Below, piece after piece: positions 7,933 to 16,931 of a stretch of 64,000 nucleotides of DNA; position 1 is the first letter of the stretch, and every line of letters starts with the position of its first letter. The stretch lies in NCBI GenBank assembly GCA_028710985.1, contig JAQTTB010000002.1, positions 86,750-150,749 of the forward strand, given 5' to 3'. The notes below the pieces were generated by a model. It was not told where the DNA came from, made no database searches, and saw only the letters and a list, made by a program, of their open reading frames with translations. This stretch comes from Patescibacteria group bacterium. GTDB lineage: Bacteria > Patescibacteriota > Patescibacteriia > JAHJFT01. Position numbers and translations under genes: made by a program.

Positions 7933-10614
7933 TTAAATCGCGCAAGCCGGTTGTTTTCTCTTCCGGGCGGCAATAAAAAAGAGCTTGGTAATTTCAATGG
8001 CCAGGATTTCAATCACGCCGATTGCCAGCACCAACAGCCAGTCCTTGAAATAAAGTACCTGCAAACCAAACAAATTTTGAAAAAACGGAACATAAAGCGC
8101 AACAAGCTGCAGGGCCAACCCCCCAACCACCGCCGCCAGCAAAAAACGGTTGCTAAACGGATTAAATGTAAATATGGTGTGGCGCAGGCTTCGGCAGCTA
8201 AAAACATAAAAAAGCGAATCAACGCCCAGCGCGGCAAACACAATCGTTCGGGCATAATCCACCTCCTTGCCGATGTTCAGCATATATATAAAAAGCAGAA
8301 AAAGACCGATATCAGTAAGAATTCCGACGAGAAAAATTAAAAGCTTCATCTCCCGGTTCATAACCGGCTCGGTTCTTGGCCGCGGCGGAATCCGCATCAC
8401 GTCTTTTTCTCCAGGCTCAACCGTGAGCGCAAAACTCGGCAGGCCATCGGTAATGAGATTAATCCACAAAATCTGCGCCGGCAAAAGTGGCAGCGGCAGT
8501 CGGAAAATCAGGCTACCGACAATCAGAATCATTTCGCCAAAACTGTCCGCTAGATGATAAACAATTATTTTTCGGATATTGTCAAAAATTATCCTGCCGC
8601 GGTGAACCGCGTTCACGATTGTCCGGTAATTATCATCCAGGAGTACGAGGTCGGAATTTTCCTTAGCCACGTCCGTGCCGCTCCCGAGCGCCACGCCCAC
8701 ATCCGCGGATTTTAATGCCGGCGCGTCATTCACTCCGTCGCCGGTCATTGCCACCACCGCGCCGGCCGCCTGCCAGGCGTCAACAATGCGAACCTTGTGC
8801 TGCGGTTCAACCCGCGCGAAAATATCAACCCGTTTAATTACCTTGGCGAGTTCGCGGTCATTCATTCTGTCAATCTCTGCGCCGTTCATGGCGTTATCGT
8901 GTTTTATTTCAATGCCCACCTGCTCGGCCACCGCCGTAGCGGTCAAAATATGATCGCCGGTCACTATCACCGGCCGTATGCCCGCTTCGCGGCAGAGCCG
9001 GATTGTTTCGCGCGCCTCCGGACGCACCGGATCCTGCAACCCAACCAGGGCGGTAAAAACCATTTCCTTGAGATCGTTCTCCCCCAAATCCGGATCTTCA
9101 GGATCGTGCCGGCGGTATGCCGCGGCCAAAATCCGCAGTCCCTTGCCGGCCAGCCTCAAAACATCCTTATGAATTTTATCGCGTTCATCTTTTCCCAGAT
9201 GATGTATTTCTCCGTCCGCGAGATAATATGAACAGAATGAAAGAACTTGTTCCGGCGCTCCTTTTACGTAAATCACGTCCGCGTCTTTCTTGAACTCGTG
9301 TCGCGTCGCCATGTATCGCTTTCCGGCATCAAACGGCAGTTCAAATTTCCGGACATAACTTCGCGCGAGCTCGTGGATATCCAGCCCGGACTCACGCGCC
9401 GCCCGGAAAAGCGCCACCTCGGTCGGATCGCCGATAATCGTCGAAGTAACCGGCTGGTCCGGATTTTCGAAATGAGCGTCATTACACAATAAAACGATTT
9501 TTAGCGCGATCGCGTGATCGCTTTTGGCAAACATATTTCCCTCAATTTCGGACGGAAGTTCGAGTGCGCCCTTATATGTTTCAACTGTCGTCACTTGCAT
9601 TACGCCGAGTGTCAGGGTGCCGGTTTTATCCGAGCAGATTACCGAAACCGACCCCAATGTCTCGGCCGTAATCAGCCGACGCGTCAGCGCCTGTTTTTTT
9701 AGTATTGACTGCATGCCGATCGCGAGCACCACGGTCATTGCCACGAGCAGGCCCTCCGGAATCGCGGCCACCGAAAGAGCGACACTCGTGAGCAGCATCC
9801 CGAACCACGGTTGTCCCAATATCACGCCAAAAATAAAAATCAGCAAGCTGATTATTGAGACTATCCCGCCAAGTGATTTTCCCAAAAAACTAAGCTGGAC
9901 TTGAAGCGGCGTGGGTTCTTCCGGGATTTCGGAAATCATTTTCGCGATACGACCGAGTTCGGTTTCACGTCCGGTCGCCACGGCGACCGCAACCGCGCGG
10001 CCGCGCACCGCAACGGTTGAAAGATATGCCATATTGCGGCGTTCGGCGAGTAGTGTGCCGGCCGAGAGCGGAGTTATAATCTTGTTAATGGGCAGGGATT
10101 CGCCGGTAAGCGCGGCTTCATTGGTCGAAAAATCATAGGCCTCGATCAAACGGCAGTCGGCCGGAATGCGCGCCCCGGCTTCGAGAATCAGGATATCGCC
10201 GGCCACGACCTCGCGTGACGGAATTATAATCTCGCGCCCGTCGCGCCGGACCGTTGCCTGCGGTTCAATCATCTCTTTCAGCCTTTTCAGCGATTTATTA
10301 GCCTTATACTCCTGCACGAACCCGATAACCGTATTCAAAAAAACCGCGGCAATTATCACGCCAAAATCCACAAACTCCCGTATCACCAGGCTTATTCCCG
10401 CGGCAACGAGCAGAATGATAATCAGCGGCCCCTTGAACTGGGCGAGGAAAACCTTAAGGCCGGACAGCCCTTTTTCGCGGGGCAATTCATTAAACCCACA
10501 CCGCTCCAGCCGATGCGCCGCATCGTCTTTTGCGAGTCCGCTTTTCTGCGTCCGCAGCATATTCAATATTTCCTTGGCCGGACAGGCGTGCCAATTGTTG
10601 CGAATTTTAGCCAT
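7933..10614 (-). CDS. P-type cation-transporting ATPase of the calcium-pump (P2) type
   Basis: DKTGTLT phosphorylation motif, TGDGVNDAPALK hinge motif, 10 transmembrane helices, 893 aa. Confidence 0.9.
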   Translation of the reverse strand: MAKIRNNWHACPAKEILNMLRTQKSGLAKDDAAHRLERCGFNELPREKGLSGLKVFLAQFKGPLIIILLVAAGISLVIREFVDFGVIIAAVFLNTVIGFVQEYKANKSLKRLKEMIEPQATVRRDGREIIIPSREVVAGDILILEAGARIPADCRLIEAYDFSTNEAALTGESLPINKIITPLSAGTLLAERRNMAYLSTVAVRGRAVAVAVATGRETELGRIAKMISEIPEEPTPLQVQLSFLGKSLGGIVSIISLLIFIFGVILGQPWFGMLLTSVALSVAAIPEGLLVAMTVVLAIGMQSILKKQALTRRLITAETLGSVSVICSDKTGTLTLGVMQVTTVETYKGALELPSEIEGNMFAKSDHAIALKIVLLCNDAHFENPDQPVTSTIIGDPTEVALFRAARESGLDIHELARSYVRKFELPFDAGKRYMATRHEFKKDADVIYVKGAPEQVLSFCSYYLADGEIHHLGKDERDKIHKDVLRLAGKGLRILAAAYRRHDPEDPDLGENDLKEMVFTALVGLQDPVRPEARETIRLCREAGIRPVIVTGDHILTATAVAEQVGIEIKHDNAMNGAEIDRMNDRELAKVIKRVDIFARVEPQHKVRIVDAWQAAGAVVAMTGDGVNDAPALKSADVGVALGSGTDVAKENSDLVLLDDNYRTIVNAVHRGRIIFDNIRKIIVYHLADSFGEMILIVGSLIFRLPLPLLPAQILWINLITDGLPSFALTVEPGEKDVMRIPPRPRTEPVMNREMKLLIFLVGILTDIGLFLLFIYMLNIGKEVDYARTIVFAALGVDSLFYVFSCRSLRHTIFTFNPFSNRFLLAAVVGGLALQLVALYVPFFQNLFGLQVLYFKDWLLVLAIGVIEILAIEITKLFFIAARKRKQPACAI

Positions 10615-10664
10615 AAAACATTCTTATCATAGCATGAAATGAGATATTGAAATAATTGTCAAAC

Positions 10665-11801
10665 CTACCGGCGATACAGCCCCTCGATGCTCTCCACGAT
10701 CTTTTCCCAGTTGAAAAATTCTCCGATAAATTTCTTTGCTCGCGCGCCCTTATGCTTTACCATTGCCGGATTCGCGAGCAAATACTCCATCTTCTGCCGC
10801 AGGTCCGTGACATTGCCGGACCTAAAAGAAAATCCCGAGTGATCAATTGTTTCAAGATTTTCCGGGATGTCGGAAATCAAAACGCATTTGCCAAAACTCA
10901 TGGCCTCCAAAATAGTTATTGAAAGCCCTTCTGATTCGGACGGATGGACATACGTATAGCAATGGGCGAAAAGCTGGCGCAGGGTGTCACCGGTGCGGAA
11001 ACCGGCAAAGATAATATTGCGGTTGCCCTCGGCCAGGGCTTCAAGAAACTTTAAATACTGCGAAGAAAAACTCGGCGCACCGACAATCACCAGTTTCTTC
11101 TGGGTCTTCAGCCCCTGATACGCCTGGATTAAATAGTGAATACCCTTGTGCTGGACGAGGCGCGCGACCACCAGAAAATATCCATCCGGCCGGACCCCGA
11201 ACTGCTCGAGTTCGTCCGAGCGGCGCACGATGCCCGGCTCAACGCCGTTCGGAATATATACCGCTTCTCTCTTAAATCTCCGTGCGCAATAAATCGCAAT
11301 ATTCTGACTTACCGCGATTGTGTAATGTGGAAAATGGCAGGCCGTCCATTCTCCCCAGGCAAGATAAAACCGCGCCGCGAGCCCCCATTTTTTGTGGAAA
11401 CGATCCTGACTATGAAATGTCACCAAAACTTTTGCGCTTTTTTTAAACAGTCTTGGGATCCACGCCAGAGTGGACGGTCCGACACCGTGATAATGAATAA
11501 TATCCACGTCTCGTCCTAAAACATCAAGCGTGCAAATAAACGTATGAATAATCGCTTCAAGATTTTTGCTCTGAAAAGTCCACCGCCGCAAAAGCGTGAC
11601 ACCATTATACTTGCGCGTCCGCTCTTTTTGAAACCACGGCCGCACATACACAAAAACCCGGTGCCCGTGCGCCGCGAGCCGTGTCGCAACTGCCTCCACA
11701 TGAGTCTCAATGCCTCCGCCGAGTTCCCCTGATTTCGGGATACCCTTCTGGCCAATCATGTAGATTTTTAATTTTTTGTTTTGCGCCTTTGCCATAGACA
11801 C
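10665..11801 (-). CDS. Family 4 glycosyltransferase
   Basis: GT-B fold with GGIETHV and the EGLSITILEAMSFGKCV block. Confidence 0.7.
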   Translation of the reverse strand: MSMAKAQNKKLKIYMIGQKGIPKSGELGGGIETHVEAVATRLAAHGHRVFVYVRPWFQKERTRKYNGVTLLRRWTFQSKNLEAIIHTFICTLDVLGRDVDIIHYHGVGPSTLAWIPRLFKKSAKVLVTFHSQDRFHKKWGLAARFYLAWGEWTACHFPHYTIAVSQNIAIYCARRFKREAVYIPNGVEPGIVRRSDELEQFGVRPDGYFLVVARLVQHKGIHYLIQAYQGLKTQKKLVIVGAPSFSSQYLKFLEALAEGNRNIIFAGFRTGDTLRQLFAHCYTYVHPSESEGLSITILEAMSFGKCVLISDIPENLETIDHSGFSFRSGNVTDLRQKMEYLLANPAMVKHKGARAKKFIGEFFNWEKIVESIEGLYRR

Positions 11802-11883
11802 ATATATTTTAGCCTAATTTTAATCAAAAAACAACTGTATACCGGTTGAAACAATTTTATAAATTTGATAGAATAATAATATT

Positions 11884-12840
11884 ATGTTATTCAATCTCTT
11901 TGTATTAATCGCCGGGCTCGCGATTCTCATAAAAAGTGCCGACTGGCTCGTGGACGGATCGTCTTCAATTGCCAAAAAACTCGGCGTGCCATGCATCGTT
12001 ATTGGCCTCACCGTAGTTGCATTCGGCACATCTGTCCCCGAATTGGTCGTTAATATTCTTTCCAGTTTCAAGGGCGCCACGGATCTTGCCATCGGCAACA
12101 TCATCGGCAGTAATATCGCGAATATAATTTTAATTCTTGGGATTACTGCAATATTTTATCCCCTAGCGATAAATTCCGGCACCACCTGGAAAGAAATTCC
12201 GTTGAGCCTGCTCGCCGCTATCCTTGTTTTCATTCTCGCGAACGACACTCTGATCGATGGCACCGGAGAGAGCGTACTTTCCCACATTGACGGCCTGGTC
12301 CTTCTGTCTTTTTTCTTAATCTTTCTTTATTATACCTACAGCATCAGCCGAAGCCGCACCGATTCTAAGGACAATATAAAAACCTACAGAGGCTGGCTTT
12401 CCTTAATTATGATATGCGGCGGCATTGCCGGCCTTGCCCTTGGCGGAAAACTTGCAGTTGATTCAGCTATTAAGCTTGCGGAAATCGCCGGCCTTAGCCA
12501 GGCTTTTATCGGTCTCACAATCGTCGCGGTCGGCACCTCACTTCCCGAGCTCGCCGCTTCGGCGGTCGCGGCGTATAAAAAGAATCCCGACATCGCCGTG
12601 GGCAACATCGTCGGCTCCAATATATTTAATATATTTTGGATCCTTGGTGTAAGTTCGATAATCCGGCCGCTACCGCTTACTCCGGGTATGAACTCTTCCA
12701 TCATCGTCGCCGCTCTCGCCACAATCCTGCTTTTTTCCTTTATGTTTATCGGCAAACGGCACATTCTTGAACGCTGGCAGGGCGTCGGATTCCTAATCTG
12801 TTATGCCGGATATTTACTCTTTTTAATATCGCGGGGCTGA
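11884..12840 (+). CDS. Ca2+/Na+ antiporter (CaCA/YrbG family)
   Basis: Duplicated alpha-repeats GTSVPELVVN and GTSLPELAAS. Confidence 0.85.
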   Translation: MLFNLFVLIAGLAILIKSADWLVDGSSSIAKKLGVPCIVIGLTVVAFGTSVPELVVNILSSFKGATDLAIGNIIGSNIANIILILGITAIFYPLAINSGTTWKEIPLSLLAAILVFILANDTLIDGTGESVLSHIDGLVLLSFFLIFLYYTYSISRSRTDSKDNIKTYRGWLSLIMICGGIAGLALGGKLAVDSAIKLAEIAGLSQAFIGLTIVAVGTSLPELAASAVAAYKKNPDIAVGNIVGSNIFNIFWILGVSSIIRPLPLTPGMNSSIIVAALATILLFSFMFIGKRHILERWQGVGFLICYAGYLLFLISRG

Positions 12841-12886
12841 ACCCTTGATTTTATTAATCGAATTTGATAACATATTTTCATTATTT

Positions 12887-12969
12887 GGGCCGGTAGTCCC
12901 GATGTTCCGCCACGGGCGGAAATCGGGATCCCGACATCCCGACGCAGTCGGGATCGTCGGGGCTCAGTC
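12887..12969 (+). pseudogene. Copy of the tRNA-Lys 5' end (gggccggtag...ctcagtc) interrupted by a 66-nt insertion led by a conserved 32-nt hairpin
   Basis: Seventeen nucleotides identical to positions 1-17 of the intact tRNA at 13008; the hairpin tcccgatgttccgccacgggcggaaatcggga occupies 12897-12928. Confidence 0.5.
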
Positions 12970-13007
12970 AGAATATTCTTAAAATAAATATAAAAAAATG
13001 ATAATTT

Positions 13008-13084
13008 GGGCCGGTAGCTCAGTCTGGTAGAGCAACTGCCTTTTAAGCAGAAGGTCCTGGGTTCAAATCCCAGCCGGCCTACCA
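13008..13084 (+). tRNA. tRNA-Lys (anticodon UUU)
   Basis: Cloverleaf folded by hand: acceptor gggccgg/ccggcct, D-arm gctc/gagc, anticodon loop cuUUUaa, T-arm ctggg-ttcaaat-cccag, encoded CCA. Confidence 0.85.
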
Positions 13085-13140
13085 ATCGAGTAGTCAGTAA
13101 TCAGTATTCCGTAGTAGATTATTAAGTAAGTCGAAATATA

Positions 13141-13280
13141 TTTGCTGGGATTTGAATCGGGGATGGTAAGGGGGCGCAGCCCCCTTGCTTACCGAGGAAA
13201 GCCCACGAAAACCCGAAGGTTTTCGTGAGAGTCCCGAGCTTGTCGAGGGACGATGTGAGAATCCCAGCCGGCCTACCAAA
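13141..13280 (+). other. GC-rich structured element closed by gctgggatt / aatcccagc and ending in a duplicate of the last 20 nt of tRNA-Lys (aatcccagccggcctacca)
   Basis: Internal hairpins gggggcgcagccccc, cgaaaacccgaaggttttcg and tcccgagcttgtcgaggga; the 3' tRNA duplicate is seen directly at 13261-13280. Confidence 0.45.
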
Positions 13281-13287
13281 TTAGTTA

Positions 13288-14472
13288 ATGAAAATTAGTT
13301 TCTACGCGCTCGGCTGTAAAGCCAACCAGGCCGACAGCGATAAAATCCGCGACGCCGCGGCCGCCAACGGATGGACGATTGTCCCCTACGGCGAATCCTG
13401 CGACTATTCAGTAATCAGTGGCTGCGCCGTCACCTCCGGCGCCGAACAGCGCACGCGCCAGATGCTCCGCGCCGCGAAAAAATCCGGCAAGCAAGTAATT
13501 GCCGCCGGATGTTTTGTTAAAAAAATTTCAGAGATTGATTTATATTTTTCAAATCCCGACCGGGTTATTGAATATCTTAAATCTCGGCACTCCGCAAGAC
13601 CGCAGTCCGTGCCGCGCCCGTCAACGCGCGCCTTCATCCGCATCCAAGATGGCTGTAATTTTAACTGTTCATACTGCCTGATCCGCAAAATCCGCGGCAA
13701 ATCGGTTTCCCGGTCGTCCGCGGAGATAATCGCGGAAATCAATCAGGCCGGAGCCGCTGGTGCCAAAGAAATAATACTGACCGGCATCAATATCTGCCAG
13801 TACCGCGAAAACAAACTCCGGCTCGCGAACCTTGTCGGATTAGTGCTTTCTCAGACAACCATTCCGCGGATCCGGTTCGGATCAGTTGATCCCCGCCCCA
13901 TAACCGCCGAATTTATCGCGCTTTTCCGCGAACCCCGCCTCATGCCGCACCTGCATCTCTCTCTCCAAAGCGGCAGCAACCGCATTTTGAAACTCATGAA
14001 TCGCGCCTATTCGGCGGAAGATTATACGCGCATCGTCCGGGCCGCGCGCCGCGTCAATCCCCTGTTTTCATTTTCCACGGATATCATCGTCGGATTCCCG
14101 GGTGAAACCATGAATGATGTTAATCTGACAATTGAATTAATCCGCCGGATTAAATTTATAAATATTCACCTCTTCCCGTACTCCGAACGGCCGGATACCG
14201 CTGCCACCCGGCTGAAAAATAATATATCTCCCGCGGAAATAAAATCGCGCATGAATATCCTTTCCCGCGCATCGGAAAATACGCGCAACGAATGGTTGAA
14301 AAATTATTCCGGCCGAACACTAGAAGTGCTGTATGAAAATAATAGTAAAAAAAGTAGTAAAAATATCTGGTACGGATATTCTCCGTATTATTTCCGTATG
14401 CGCACACGTTCATCGAAAAATCTTCACAATTTAATTTTATCCACACCGGCAACTCTTGACACCATGCCTTGA
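13288..14472 (+). CDS. Radical-SAM methylthiotransferase of the MiaB/MtaB/RimO family
   Basis: N-terminal MTTase domain with three Cys (CKANQ, SGCAV, AAGCF) and the radical-SAM CNFNCSYC motif. Confidence 0.8.
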   Translation: MKISFYALGCKANQADSDKIRDAAAANGWTIVPYGESCDYSVISGCAVTSGAEQRTRQMLRAAKKSGKQVIAAGCFVKKISEIDLYFSNPDRVIEYLKSRHSARPQSVPRPSTRAFIRIQDGCNFNCSYCLIRKIRGKSVSRSSAEIIAEINQAGAAGAKEIILTGINICQYRENKLRLANLVGLVLSQTTIPRIRFGSVDPRPITAEFIALFREPRLMPHLHLSLQSGSNRILKLMNRAYSAEDYTRIVRAARRVNPLFSFSTDIIVGFPGETMNDVNLTIELIRRIKFINIHLFPYSERPDTAATRLKNNISPAEIKSRMNILSRASENTRNEWLKNYSGRTLEVLYENNSKKSSKNIWYGYSPYYFRMRTRSSKNLHNLILSTPATLDTMP

Positions 14473-14497
14473 CAAATGTCCAAATATATGGTATAGT
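14469..14497 (+). promoter_or_regulatory. Near-consensus sigma-70 promoter, TTGACA then 17 nt then TATAGT
   Basis: Seen directly; it overlaps the stop codon of the methylthiotransferase gene. Confidence 0.55.
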
Positions 14498-14525
14498 AAT
14501 TACACTAAATATTAAGAAAAAAACT

Positions 14526-14672
14526 ATGGCAGATTGCACATGCGGCAACGATCCGTGCACTTGCGAAGATGTTGCCGAGGGGACTCCGGTCGAGGAAACT
14601 CCCGAGGAGACTCCGGTAGAAGAAGGTTCCGCCGAGGAGCCGGCTTCGACTGAAGAAGAAGAAATAATCTAA
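14526..14672 (+). CDS. 48-aa cysteine-rich acidic peptide (MADCTCGNDPCTCED followed by a Glu/Pro/Thr-rich tail)
   Basis: A CxC-N4-CxC cluster resembling a metallothionein or metal-binding knuckle; driven by the consensus promoter and followed by a strong terminator. Confidence 0.4.
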   Translation: MADCTCGNDPCTCEDVAEGTPVEETPEETPVEEGSAEEPASTEEEEII

Positions 14673-14696
14673 TTGACTGTAAAACTTGTAACAAAA

Positions 14697-14735
14697 TAAA
14701 ATATCCTCCGAATATCATCGGAGGATATTTTATTG
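14697..14735. terminator. Bidirectional intrinsic terminator (atatcctccg / cggaggatat stem followed by a T run)
   Basis: 10-bp perfect stem, A run upstream and T run downstream; sits between the small ORF on the plus strand and murG on the minus strand. Confidence 0.7.
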
Positions 14736-14740
14736 ATTAA

Positions 14741-15841
14741 TTATTTTTTCAAAGCCAACCCAATAATCAAATCCGCCATTTTATCGCGTGCGCCGCGCGG
14801 CAGAATAATAGATTTTCGCTTTGCTTTTTCCCGCAGTTCGTCCAGATGTTCAAAACTGTGACGAATCGTCTCTACGAATCTTTCCGGCGTGAGAGTCTCT
14901 TGCGGCAGATACTGCGCCGCATTGGCGGATTCAAATATTTCAACGTTTTTTTCCTGATGCGAATCCGGCATTGGAATAATTATTGCCGGTTTAGCGAGAG
15001 CCGCAAGCTCGGTAAGCGTTCCCATGCCCGCGCGGCTGACGACCAGATCGGCGGCGTCATACGCGCGCGACATTCCTTCAGTCAAGAGCGGATACACGCG
15101 ATAACCGGACTTATCTTCACTGATATTGCCTTTGCGCGGACCCGCAATGTGCAGCACCTGACAAAATTTTAAAAGTTCGGAAAGCGTCTCTTTTACCAGC
15201 TCATTGATGCGCGCCGCGCCGGTTCCGCCTCCCAGCACCAGAAGAACTGGCTTTTCGTTGGTAAAATTAAAATATTCCAACGATTCCCGACGATTGCCGC
15301 GCAAGACATCTTCTCTTACCGGATTGCCAATCCACTTGCTTTTATTGCTCGAAAAATCTTTCAGTGACTTCTCAAACGAAACGGTAATTACTTTCGCGAA
15401 CGGCGCCATGAGGCGGTTTGCGAGACCGGGACGCACATCCTGCTGATGTATGAGTGACGGGATGCCCAGCGCCCACCCGGCGAACACAACCGGCACGCTC
15501 ACGAATCCACCGGCCGAAACTATGACATCCGGCCGGTTGCCTAAAAGATAAATAAACGACTGCATTAGGCCGACGAAAAAATAAAAAAAATCAACAAGAT
15601 TATACAAGCTAAAGTAACGCCTGAATTTGGCGGTCACGATTGCCTTGAACGGAATATTGTATTCGGCAATTAGCTCGCGCTCCGGACCGCTCATTGTTCC
15701 AATCCAAAAAACATCGGCCAGCGGGTCGCGCCGCCGTATCTCTTCAGAAACCGCGAGAAGGGGCGTAACCGGCCCCAGGGTGAATCCTCCGGTAAATAAT
15801 ACTTTCATATAATTGCGATCACGCACGCGCGTGACGATCAA
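14741..15841 (-). CDS. murG: Undecaprenyldiphospho-muramoylpentapeptide beta-N-acetylglucosaminyltransferase
   Basis: GT28 fold with an N-terminal GGTGGH-like motif (LFTGGFTLGPV) and the C-terminal LVLGGGTGAARINE block. Confidence 0.85.
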   Translation of the reverse strand: MIVTRVRDRNYMKVLFTGGFTLGPVTPLLAVSEEIRRRDPLADVFWIGTMSGPERELIAEYNIPFKAIVTAKFRRYFSLYNLVDFFYFFVGLMQSFIYLLGNRPDVIVSAGGFVSVPVVFAGWALGIPSLIHQQDVRPGLANRLMAPFAKVITVSFEKSLKDFSSNKSKWIGNPVREDVLRGNRRESLEYFNFTNEKPVLLVLGGGTGAARINELVKETLSELLKFCQVLHIAGPRKGNISEDKSGYRVYPLLTEGMSRAYDAADLVVSRAGMGTLTELAALAKPAIIIPMPDSHQEKNVEIFESANAAQYLPQETLTPERFVETIRHSFEHLDELREKAKRKSIILPRGARDKMADLIIGLALKK

Positions 15842-16928
15842 TATTTAACAATATTCCGACTGCGGCGAGTGAAACCATGAGCGCCGATCCGCCGTAAGAA
15901 ATAAACGGCAGCGGTACGCCGGTCATGGGCATGAGTCCAATCATCGAACCGATATTAATAAGCGCCTGAACCGCGAACCACGCCGAAATTCCGGTGGCCA
16001 AGAATCGGCCAAAAACGTCATCTGAACTCGCGGCAATCCGGAATCCCTTGATGAGGAGCGCCACAAAAGCCACGACCACCAAGAGTGAAAATATTAAACC
16101 CAGTTCTTCAGCCATCACTGCAAATATTGAATCACCCGCCACCTCGGGAAGGTATTGAAATTTTTGCCGCGAGTGTCCCAGGCCGAGTCCAAGAATTCCG
16201 CCAGAACCGATCGCAAGAAGCGCCTGATTAATATGATAACCGATTCCCTGCGGATCGAGCTCCGGATGTAAGAATGTCATAAAGCGCGCCGAACGATACG
16301 GAGCCATTTTTATGAGTATGAATAGAAGCGCCGCTCCGGCTCCGCCCAAAAGTCCGATATGGGCCCACGGCGCTCCGGCGGCAAAATAAACTATAAGAGA
16401 TGACACAACAATGATTGTCATGGTCCCAAGGTCAGGCTGAAGAACCATCGCCAGCATTACCACACCAAGGCTTATCAAAAAAGGCACCAAACCCGAATTG
16501 ATATCCTTTAATTTATTTTCTCCGCGCGCCTCAAGCCACGCGGCAAGATAAATTAAAAAAGTTAGTTTCAACAACTCGGAGGGTTGGAAAGAAAATCCCC
16601 CAATGCTCAGCCAGCTATGCGCGGTTCCATATTCCGCGCCAATGCCCGGAATAAAAACCGCGAGTAGAAGAATGAACGAAATAATAAACAATATCAACGC
16701 TTTTTTCTTCCAGAAAGTAAATGGTATTCTCGCGCAAATCAAGAGCATGGCTATTCCCGGCAAAAAGCCGTAAACAATTTGGTGCTTGAGATAATAATAG
16801 CTGTCGCCGAATTTCTGATAACCGAGCGGCCCCGAAGCCGACGAAAGCACAATCAACCCAAAAATCACAATCAATCCGACCAGCGCAAGGAAAGAATAGT
16901 CAATATTTTTTAAAAACTTCATCGTCAT
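15819..16928 (-). CDS. ftsW: SEDS-family peptidoglycan glycosyltransferase FtsW/RodA
   Basis: Ten transmembrane helices with the SEDS signatures (PSELLK, GLLPMTGVPLPFISYGGSA). Confidence 0.8.
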   Translation of the reverse strand: MTMKFLKNIDYSFLALVGLIVIFGLIVLSSASGPLGYQKFGDSYYYLKHQIVYGFLPGIAMLLICARIPFTFWKKKALILFIISFILLLAVFIPGIGAEYGTAHSWLSIGGFSFQPSELLKLTFLIYLAAWLEARGENKLKDINSGLVPFLISLGVVMLAMVLQPDLGTMTIIVVSSLIVYFAAGAPWAHIGLLGGAGAALLFILIKMAPYRSARFMTFLHPELDPQGIGYHINQALLAIGSGGILGLGLGHSRQKFQYLPEVAGDSIFAVMAEELGLIFSLLVVVAFVALLIKGFRIAASSDDVFGRFLATGISAWFAVQALINIGSMIGLMPMTGVPLPFISYGGSALMVSLAAVGILLNIDRHARA

Positions 16929-16931
16929 GAT

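Noticed and set aside
12801-13279. ORF-track entries 12801..13085(-) and 13094..13279(-) beginning MVGRLGF
   Set aside because: Both are translations of the reverse complement of the tRNA-Lys 3' end and of its duplicate; they are spurious.
13141-13280. A second, intron-containing tRNA downstream of tRNA-Lys
   Set aside because: Only the 3' 20 nt of a tRNA is present. No matching 5' acceptor strand (ggccgg) exists in the preceding 180 bp on either strand.
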